From assembly GCA_030324005.1 (NCBI GenBank), contig JARDVH010000001.1, forward strand, positions 136,654,419 to 136,718,418: a DNA stretch of 64,000 bases, read 5' to 3'. Shown in pieces: positions 53,850-64,000 of this stretch (the first letter of the stretch is position 1; the number at the start of each line of letters is the position of its first letter). Source of the stretch: Negaprion brevirostris (taxonomy: Eukaryota). The position numbers and the translations under genes were made by a program. Under the pieces are notes generated by a model that was not told where the DNA came from, made no database searches, and saw only the letters and a program-made list of their open reading frames with translations.

Positions 53850-54617
53850 GGCTAGGAGAATGGGCCAAAATTTGGCAAATGGAGTTTAATGTGGATAAAT
53901 GAGAGGTTAAAGGCAAATTATCTAATTGGAAAGCAGATTCAAAGTGCATCAGTGCAGAGGGATCTGGACATCTTGTTCAGAAAGTTGGAATGCAGGTACA
54001 GCATGTAATAAAAAAGGCAAATGTAATGTTAGCATTTATTGCCAAAGGACTGGAGTATAGGAGTAGAGAAGCACTGTTGCAATTGTATAGGGTGTTGGTG
54101 AAAGCACATCTAGATATTGTATCCAGTTTTGGTCCCCTTATTTGAAGAAGGATGTGCTGGCACTGGAGGTAGTTCAGAGGAGGTTCATCAGATTCCCAGG
54201 ATAAAAGCGTTGATGTATGAGGAGAGATTAAACACTTTGGGCTTATACACATCAGAGTTTAGGAGGAACCTGATTAAGGTATATAAAGTACTAGAAGAGA
54301 TTGATAAATGTAGACCAAACATTTCCCTTTGTGGGACAACTTATAACAAGTGGTAGATTCAAAACTGAGATGAGGAACTACTTTTCTCAGAGGTTGGTGA
54401 ATTTGTGGAACTCGCTGCCCCATAATGTAGTGGAGCCTGAATCATTAAATGGTTTCACAAAGGAGATAGATATATTTGATTTAAAAATGGGTTATAGGGA
54501 TACAGGGAACAGGTAGGGTGGTGGATTTGAGACAAGGGAGAGATCAGCCAAGATCTGATTGAATGGCAGAGCAGGGCTCTAAGGGTTGAATTGCCTATTT
54601 CTAATTTATATGTTCCT
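53850..54617 (+). mobile_element. CR1-like LINE 3' fragment
   Basis: Decayed RT C-terminus (YEERLNTLGLY, RNYFSQRLVNLWNSLP) plus the family 3' tail. Confidence 0.85.
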
Positions 54618-55399
54618 CACATTCAGCAGACTTTGGACATCAGTCTGGGAATTAAGCAAAGTATGGCTCTCCAACTTAAATTCTATACTGCAATAGTCCT
54701 TTCCACTCTATACACACAAGAATTGGATTGTCTACCACTACAATGCCAAGAGGATCAACAGCTTTCACTTGAGCCGCCTTCAGAAGCTTCTGAAGATCAC
54801 ATAGCAGGACAAATTATCAGAGACTGAAGTGCTCATCCAAGCAGGCTTGATTGTATCCATACCAATATTAAGACAATGTAACCAAAATGCTGACACTCAA
54901 CTACCTAAGCAAAGCCCGAGAGCACATGGCCCATCAGGGTTCTGAGTGCAGTTCATGAGATACTTCGTTCAGCCATTGCCATATTCCACTAGTTTGTATC
55001 TGCATAGCTTTATGCCTACCAGTATGACTGAAGTGATAGGCACGTAAAGCAAGGGCATGAAGTAACGTGCATGCTGATTGCCCACATTAGACTGACAAAG
55101 CTGTGTGCTTCCTTTGCATTCAATCCCACATAAATATTTACATTGTTTTTGACACTTGAAATTGATACTAGTTCTCTTAATATTTTGTACAACACATTAT
55201 GAAAAATTCAGTATATCTCAAATGTATTAAATCTTGTTCAAGGATCATAGTTTCAATCTTGTGGCCATTCATGGCCCACATACTATTCTAGGTTACCTAT
55301 TATTGTTCTTTGGAGATGTTGAGTCTGGGTGCATGCTTGTGGTGGTCAAAGGAAATGCCGCAACAACATTCCGAAGGTTTCAATTAGCAGTGTTGATCT

Positions 55400-56115
55400 T
55401 AGAATCGTAGAATTCCTACAGTGCAGAAAGACGCCATTTGCACCAATAACAATCCCACCCAGGCCCCATCCCCGTAACCCCATGTATTTACCCTGCTAAT
55501 TCCTCCGGTACTAAGGGCACAGTGATTAGCACTGCTGAACAGTGTCTGGGACCTCAGTTCGATTCCCAGCTTGGATTACCATCTGTGTGGACTGTTCAAA
55601 TTCCCCCCCATGTCTGCACGGGTTTCCTCTGGGTACTTCAGTTTCCTCCCACAAGTCCAAAAGACATGCTGGTTAGGTTGACTGGCTATGCTAAATTCTC
55701 TCTGTATCCGAACAGGCGCCGTAATATGGTAATTAGGAGATTTTCACAGTAACTTCATTGCAATGTTAATATAAGCCTACTTATGACACTAATAAATAAA
55801 CTAAACCAAGGCCAATCAACCTAACCCGCACATACTTGGAATTGGGAGGAAATCAGAACACCCAGAGGAAACCCACGCAGACACAGGGCAAACGTGCAAA
55901 CTCCACACACACTGACCCAAAGCCTACACATGCCATGTTTGTGAACTAACCTCCACTCATCAGATGAAGGAACAGAGCTTTGAAAGTTTGTGATTCCAAA
56001 TAAACCTGTTGGACTTTAACCTGGTGTTGTGAGACTTATTACTATGACACAAGGCCTGAATTGAACCCAAGACCCTAGTGTTGAGAGGCAGCAATGCTAA
56101 CGACTGTGCTGCCAC
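55400..56115 (-). mobile_element. Nested cluster: minus-strand V-SINE containing a plus-strand V-SINE (55515-55805) and a PLE fragment (about 55930-56045)
   Basis: The outer SINE sequence resumes after each insertion. Confidence 0.75.
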
Positions 56116-56284
56116 CTGACTTTCAAAAGAACCATGACCACCTTCGTGTCAAAGGACAAACAAGACATGGGCCAATTAAGAATCACATTATATCATTGAC
56201 TTTTGGATAGATGGTGTAGTCAGTTTCTCATACCTCCTACACACATATGCTTGCACATTAGTCAGTTGTTCTCTTAGAATACTA

Positions 56285-57370
56285 AAAACAGGAACAGAAA
56301 TAGGCCATTCAGCCCCTTGAACCTGCTCTGTCATTCAACAAAATCATGGATGATCTGATTGTGACCATAACTCTACTTCCCTTCCTGTCTGCCCCTCCAT
56401 TATTCTTGACTCCCTTGAAGATCAATAACCCAGTCTCCACTGCTTTCTGCAGAATAGAATTCTAGACTAAGTCTTTTGAGAAAATAAATCCCTTGTCTCT
56501 GCCTTAAATGAGACACCCCTGAACCACGTACTCTAGTTCTAGGTTCCTCCATGAACAGAAACATCCTCTATCTATTCTGTCAAAACCTGTAAGATCACCT
56601 TGTTCTTCTAAATTCCAATGAGCACAGGTCCAACCTGATCAACCTTTCGTTAGGCAACACCTTCATCCCAAGTACCTGACAACTTTCTCTGAACTGTCAA
56701 TGCAAGTACATCCCTTCATACACAATACACTATGATTACCACCAATGCTCTGTACAGTTGTAGCAAGAGTTACCTACTTTTATCCTTCAACCCCTTGCAA
56801 TAAAGGCCAACATTTCATTTGCTTTCCAAATATCATGCTAGACCTGCATATTAACCTTTTGTGATGTGTCGAACACCAAATTCCTCTGTGCCGTAGTATT
56901 CTGCAACCTCTGTTTAAACAATATTCTGCTTTTCTTCCTGCTAAAGTGGACAATTTCACATTTTGCCACATCATACTTGATCTACAATTTTTTTGTCCAC
57001 TCACATAATCCATCCATATCCCTTGGCATCCTATTCAAGTTGTTTTCCTATCTTTCTATCATCGGCAAACATAACTAATGACTCATCTATCCTTACTGTT
57101 TCTTCTTAGTTAGCCAATCCTCTTTTCATTCTAATACATCACTCCCAACACCATAAGCTCTTATTTTTGTGCAGTAATCTTTTATGTAGTACGTTAGTGA
57201 ATTCCTTCTGGAAATCCAGATGCACAAAGATACACCCCTCCCCCCGGCTTGTCACGTCCTCAAAAAACTCCAATAAATTAACACAATTTCCTTTCACAAA
57301 GTCATGTTGACTCTGCTGGATTGTATTAGCATCTTTTAAAATGTCCTGTTACTGCCTCATTAATGAGAAT
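56285..57370 (-). mobile_element. CR1-like LINE 3' fragment
   Basis: Reverse complement of the same RT C-terminus and tail. Confidence 0.75.
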
Positions 57371-59469
57371 GACCAAATGCCTTGGGTTAAACCCAAATCT
57401 TGTGTAGTCCATAACTGTATTCTTGAGCACTCTGTCTCAAAAGATAATAGTCAAGTCCCAGCCTTTAACATCTACATTACGTCAACCAGTTCACAGTCTG
57501 GGTCTGTACTATGGAATAGACAATGCAAAACAAATATTTCTGGAATAAGTTATTTTTAATTAAGAAGTGGCAAGAAATTACAAGCACCTGAAAATACTGC
57601 TGTACAGTAATTCCAGAATACACGATCATGCAGATTTACCCCTTTAGGTTCAAGCGATTGTAAACAAAAACTTCATAAGTGTAAACACAAGCGAGTGGTC
57701 AGTTTGGCAATGATTCAATTTAGTTATTTAACTGACACCTGAACAAGTTGCTTCCTAACTGTGGCAGGAAGAGCCTTATGCCGTTTTACACTTTTTTTCC
57801 AAGAAAGCTGATCTTAATACAAAATATCCAATAACTTTTGAGTTCTTTATCTAAATCCAAGCTCTCCCTCAAGTTCAGTTCCTGATCAATAGGTTGTTTC
57901 CCACTTAAATTATATTATCAGACTTAACGCTTTGTACCAGCTAGTCTCAGTAGTTCACTCTTGCCCAAATGCTTCCTTATCTGTGAAAAACAGCTGGCAA
58001 TGTTCAGAAGCTTTTACTTTGAAAAGGTTATTTAACATTAAGGTGCTAGTAAAATTTGATTGAGTTTTGTGCTTTCCCCAGTTGTACCAAAACCTGTTTT
58101 CATATAACCCTAGCACAAGCCAACGTCGTCATCGTGTTGTGACATTAAATGTATGTGCATAAGTTTTTGAAACAGCTGGATCCCGGACTACACCATCAGC
58201 AGTCACACAGTCCAAAAACCAGGGACACCTGTTTACAAACAGAATTCATTGCAGTTCTGCTTAAGAGTTCAAATTTAGCAAATCATTGGTCATTAATAAA
58301 TTTTAAATGGACAGAAAGAAACAATGTACACATTTACATTAGTGGGTGATGAACTAATAAAGCCGTCAGTGTTAAGGTCTGACTCCTTAAGAATTGCATC
58401 CAGTGATGTCAGTTCACCTAAATTTAAAATCAAGAAGAATCAAACACCATTTTGCATTTCCCATTCCCTTCCCCAAGTTTAAAAACTTGAAAGTGTTTAT
58501 TCTTAGGAATTGAAAATAAACTAAATTAGTATTAACTTAAAACTATACAGAGAAGACAGCATTTTAGGTTCAATACCAATAGTTTTTAAGCATTTTCTGA
58601 AAAGAGCTTTCCAGCACAAACAAACAATTAAACCAACAGTATCACTTCAAATCTCCAAAAAAAAACTAACTTAAATCATTAATAATTAACAAAACTCAAA
58701 ACTACCACTGTTTATGATACTCTTGACAATTAAGAATTTTACTATGGTCATAATAAAATTCTAGAAGTTAGTTAATCTCAATATTTAACAATTTAATTCA
58801 GACCAATTCGTTATTAACTAAGCACAGATCAGAGAAAATAAAACAAGATGTCACATGCTTACAAAAGACCCAGTAAATGTCATTTTTTTCTCCTTCTGCA
58901 GATAGTTTGTCAAATGACTGAACATAACTAAAGAAATTAATCTTCAGGCTGTAAAAAGAGTTTTGCCTCAAAGAGGAAAAAAGCTTTGAAGGGATATAGG
59001 CTAATCAACGAAAGAGCTTTGGTAACTTGAGGCAATAGAAAATTGATAGGAAGAAGGGCCAAAGAAGTCAGAGGTATTTACCACCCTCAGTGAGGAAAGA
59101 GAAAATAATTTCAAAGATCAAAAATTAATTTGTCATGGAGTTTTTGAAGATTTAGGCTTATGAGCCACATTTCACAGTAATTATGGGATTCTCCCAAAGC
59201 AAATTCAGAAATAAATACCCCATATATACCACAGTATGATTGTTACAGCAATAGGTTTTAAGTTAGCTCATCATAAACTGTTGTTACAATACCTTGGATG
59301 GCAGAGCTACAGAAGGCCTTCCGATGACGTCTTTCATCATGTCGCAAATTATGAGGCATCAAAGTATCCATATTTTTATCAATGTTTGACTCTAGACAGG
59401 ATAGCAAACATTTCTTTCCCTCTTTACACACAAATCTGATGTCGCTGATAATTTTAAAGGAATCACAAA

Positions 59470-59638
59470 GTACAGTATTTCAAGTCAAATATTTATTGAC
59501 AAGCATTTTTTAGTACAAAACACGATTAATGCAGCTGTTATTCATTGTGGTATTGATGAAGTCCAAAGTGCATCGTGTTTCATCTAAATTGGCTTCCATC
59601 TCTCAAAATAATTCGAATTATTGGTCCTAATCTTCATA
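59470..59638 (-). other. OST4: Probable OST4 terminal 3'-UTR exon
   Basis: Pyrimidine-rich acceptor tttttattttacag| (AG at 59639-59640) and minus-strand AATAAA at 59492-59497. The 3' end is estimated. Confidence 0.65.
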
Positions 59639-60779
59639 CTGTAAAATAAAAACCATAATATAATTCCTGTATACTACTGTTACAATCCCTGTGATGGAGC
59701 AGCAAACAAAATAACCAAATTTACTGAATGGCCCCAAAATGAAGACAACACCAACAAGATTCCACTTATTGTAGCTTTTACTTTAACATGGTTTAGAACC
59801 ATGCAAAGTAAACATGAATTAACAGGAAAATGGTACTTAAAATAAAACGTAAATCTCACTTTAACTAGTCAATAAAACAAATCTATGTCTCACATAATCA
59901 CAAATATTGGCCTTCAGAATATATGGGATTATGGAGATAAACAATATGTTGTTATTAATTCACACTAAGTTGGTCAGGTGTCCTCACCAACAAGAGATTT
60001 CGCTCCTGGGTTTCAAGATTATGATTATCCCCAGTAAGTCACATTTCTACAAACATTCTCCCCTTCAGTCATAACAGTCCCAATGGTGTAGCTTTTAACA
60101 GTTCCTTTTGAACCAACACTTCAATTCACATTTGGCTACATTCAGGAAAATATACAGCTCTTCAGTTCCTCTGAGCTATTTACCTAACGTTCCAAGTTTT
60201 AGACCTTTTTAACTATTTACAACAGCTTGAGTCTCTTTTTCTGCCAGAGTGATTTTCTTTTTCTTGCAAGAATTCAGTGCATTCTTCTTTTTGAATTGCT
60301 TGCTTTCTCGGTATCTGCGTTATGCATTTAACAGCTCCACCCCCCAGCTCCTCTGCTGCATCTCTCCTTTGTATCTGTCTGCCACATAGCTTTTTTCTTA
60401 ATTTCCTCCCTCTTGGTACTCCTCACAGGTCAAGGCGCCACATCACCTGATCAGTATTTCTTATTTTCCAAGAAAATTACAATTGATGAAAACTCTTAAA
60501 AGTCCCTTCAAATATATTTTAAAACTGCTGACTTTAAATTAAATTATAAAATTTCCTTATATATTGCTTCTAAGTCAAAGGTCATCACAACTAAAGGTGG
60601 CAGTGGGCCTCAGAGAGTATGTCATATTAAGAATTCACAACATTATTTTAAAACTTATGAAGTTATGCATTATATGCCCTCATCAACTATCAGCGTAATA
60701 AACTTTAAAATATCCTTGATTATTCTATGTAACTCATATTTCAATACCTGTCACAATACGACACTCCTGTGCAACTCCA

Positions 60780-60920
<141 letters not shown>

Positions 60921-63030
60921 TCAAAAATAAGTGTAAAGATTACAATGTGTGTGCATATTAAATACCTTCTATTCTGGGATTAATGTATATATGTTACTGG
61001 TGTCAAAGCTGGAGGGATGAAAATTGTGATCATCTCAAAGCTCTTCCAGTTTGAAATCATAGCGCCTATTAAACAGTATTGTGCTTAGTATTAGTGCAAA
61101 TACTCTTTTGAAAACAAACAATGTGCTTTAATTGTTATAAGATCAGAAGGGAGGAATAAGAATAGGTAGGCCCCATAACCTTTGACTCCCTTGGAGATCA
61201 GAAAATCTTTAACTCAGTCTTGAATATATTCAATGAACCAACTCTGTTCATCTGAGGAAGAGAATTCCAAAATTGGCGACTCACTAGAAAACAAATTCCT
61301 CCTCATCTGTTAAATTATTTTTAAACTGTGCTGTCTGATTCCTCCAAGAAGAGGCACTTCCTGACAATATGCTTTGTGCGTTATACAGAATGATAACAGC
61401 ACAGAAGAGGCCCCAACAAGTCTGTGCCACTTTCCTGTCAGATCAATTAGCTAGTCCAGCCCCTGGTCCTGCAAATTTTCACTGTTCAGGCACTTATCCA
61501 ATCCCCTTATGAAAACCACATTTGAATTTGCCTCTACTAGTCTTTCGGGCAGTGCATTCTAGATCCTAACCACTAACTAAATAAAAAGACTTTTGTCCAT
61601 TTTATTTTTAGTTCTTTTGCCAATCTCTTTAAATTTGTCTTCTGGTTCTCAATCCTTCCACCACTGGAACAATTTCTATCAACTCTTTCTAGAGCACAAG
61701 ATTTTGAATGCCTATACAAATCTCAACATCATCTCTAAAGAAAACAACCCATTACATAAATTCATCACTTCAAATTAGCATAGGCATGTAAACATTATGC
61801 TGTACTGAAATCTTTGCTTTAAAGCAGACTCCACGACCACTATTACATTGTGCAAAATCCTGAAGAAACCGTGCTACCAAACTGGCACTAGTTCTCAATT
61901 AACCAGCCTCCCTCCAACCTTTCTCAAATGAAGGTGGAGCTTCCCACCTTCGACTGCGTTCAGGACAGGTCAGGAGTTAAATATTTTTTAAAAACTTGTT
62001 CTCAGGGCATGGGATAGACCACATTTATTGCACATCCTTCGTCACCTTTAAAATGAAATAGTGACCTTGTTCATAAATGCAGGTTTTGTGCCGATGCTGA
62101 ATAAGGAATTCTAGGATTTTAACCTCGTAACCACACAGAGTGTTCATACCGAGAGACATTTGGAGGGGAATTCGGAGATGATGTGGGTTCAGGGGAGCTA
62201 TTTTCTGGTGGATATGCCAACTGAACACAGCCACTTCTCTAAATGTAAAGTGAAGCAAATTGACTGGATACTTGCTTGCTAATCAGTATGTTGAGACACT
62301 CAAATGTAGGCCACAGCAAGGAAGCAGTTCCATCCTCTGAGAAGATTAGTGCGACAGCATTGTGTTTTGACAATCATCCTGCTTTTTTTCAGGTATTAGC
62401 CGATAAACAACATTTAGTGGGAATTAATCTCAATTTCTGAGTTGCTGGTCGAATAGCAATAACGTAGGCAAAGTTTGGTCTCTGTTGTAGGAGGCTAAAT
62501 TCTGTCATCACCCTGAACATATTTCTGGAACCAAATGCTTCACTGTCACTGGGTCAAAATTCTGAACTCCTTCCCTAACAGTATCGGTGAGTACTTCTAC
62601 TTCAAAACAGTTTAAGACGGCTCATCAGAGCCTACTTAAGGGGAAAGGGGGATGGACAATAAATGTTGGCCTAGACAGCAACACAGCCTGTAAATGAAGG
62701 AATAAAATAAAACCTCAGGTGATGCTGTGCATGATTCACAAACCTGTATCGCTGCCATTAAATGTCCACAACTCAAATAATAGTAGGTAGGGGCCCAGAT
62801 TAGGTGACCTTCAACCTAACCATCCTGAAGTCCTTGCAAGAGAGCTGGCAGCTTGGTATTAAGAAAGCTATGGACTAGATGACAAGTCCCACCTGATTGA
62901 CTTGGAACCACTACATAACCACTACACATCTCTTGTAACTCCTACAACATACAGCATCTTAAAACTGGCAACTTTGGGACACCTTCTGTGCCAGATGCCA
63001 ATCTGAGTCAAATGGTTTGGGCCAGGTTTT

Positions 63031-63297
63031 TGGGGCAGCACACTGGTCAGCACTGCTGCCTCAAAGTGCCAAGGATCCAGCTTGGGTCACTGTGTGAGAT
63101 TTTGCAAATGCTCTCCGTGTCCACGTGAGTTTCCTCTAGGTCTTCCACTTTCCCCCCACAGTCTTAAAATGTGCACGTTAGGTACGTTGGCCATGCTAAA
63201 TTCTCCCTCAGTGTATCCGAACAGGTGCTGGAGTGTGGCGACTAGGATATTTTCACAGTAACTTCATTGCAATGTGAATATAAGCTACTTATGACTT
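63031..63297 (+). mobile_element. V-SINE variant
   Basis: Same family as 15092-15358. Confidence 0.8.
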
Positions 63298-63551
63298 TTA
63301 TTTCTGGTTGGATCAAGGATTACAGATCACACTAAATGCCAGAAAAGATAGGCATACCACAGTACCAATGCAGGCCTCAAGTCATTAAGCTATTTTACAC
63401 ATTCAATAATAATTATAATTCATACATGGTAGCTTAAAAAAATTGCTTAATTTTCAGTTAATCAGATTTGAAACTCTATCTGTAGCCAGTTGAGTTCATC
63501 AAATCCTTTTAGCATCTTTAACATCTCAATTAAATATCTATTATTTGTAAT

Positions 63552-63636
63552 GATGTGGAGATGCCAGCATTGGACTGGGGTAAACACAGTATGTCTTACA
63601 ACAGACTTTAACCTGGTGTTGTATGACTTCTTACTG
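63552..63636. mobile_element. Minimal PLE-derived insertion, same family
   Basis: TSD tattatttgtaat at 63539-63551 and 63637-63649. Confidence 0.8.
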
Positions 63637-64000
63637 TATTATTTGTAATTCAGGGGATACAAACCAAGTTTACCAAACCTATATAAATTTTAACACTACA
63701 ATCTGGTATGTCTCTGATGAAGCTACATTTTACACCCTTCCAAAACTAATACTGAGGTACCATACCCCAAACTGGAAAGCAGCAATCCAGATGCTGGCCT
63801 GATCATAACCACCTCACCCCTACCACTGTAATGTTCAGTTAACTTTTTGACCTGCCTACCAATTTTCAGTGATTTCTGCAGGCACAGGTGAAAACAATGA
63901 AGAACCATAAAGACTCAATCAATGTCTGTGCTCGAAGCTTCGCCTACCCGAAATCTCACTTCAGAACTTTTCCCTAGTTATTACCAAAGCCACGGATTTA

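Larger units (their letters stand above)
50330..54900 (+). mobile_element. Old RTE-like LINE broken by several younger insertions
   Basis: Endonuclease-like stretch (cttggtgacttc; aagacatcttggacgtatccc) and RT-like stretch (caactatcgaggaatctcact; QCSFRKGQGTPDLVFAV; gacctgaccaaggcctttg). Confidence 0.65.

Overview
Vertebrate genomic DNA, most likely from a shark or other elasmobranch (many HE1/V-SINE-like copies, fragmented assembly with N gaps). The window holds the complete 19-exon coding structure of BBS7 on the minus strand (ATG 48151 to stop 2385; 2145 nt, 714 aa), with an RFX X-box/CCAAT promoter. Upstream on the same strand lies the 37-aa microprotein gene OST4 (CDS 60780-60893), which the ORF track missed. 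Main oddities: (1) an intact 222-nt small-HERC (HERC3/4-type) RCC1-repeat exon with both splice sites sits alone in BBS7 intron 1, same strand, out of phase with BBS7; (2) 4 of the 18 BBS7 introns have GC donors; (3) a family of short palindromic Penelope-derived insertions has 10-14 bp target-site duplications and minimal hammerhead-ribozyme motifs. The rest is mostly degraded LINE, SINE, PLE and LTR-like sequence. Homology calls come from my recall of the protein families, not from database searches. Repeat boundaries are approximate.
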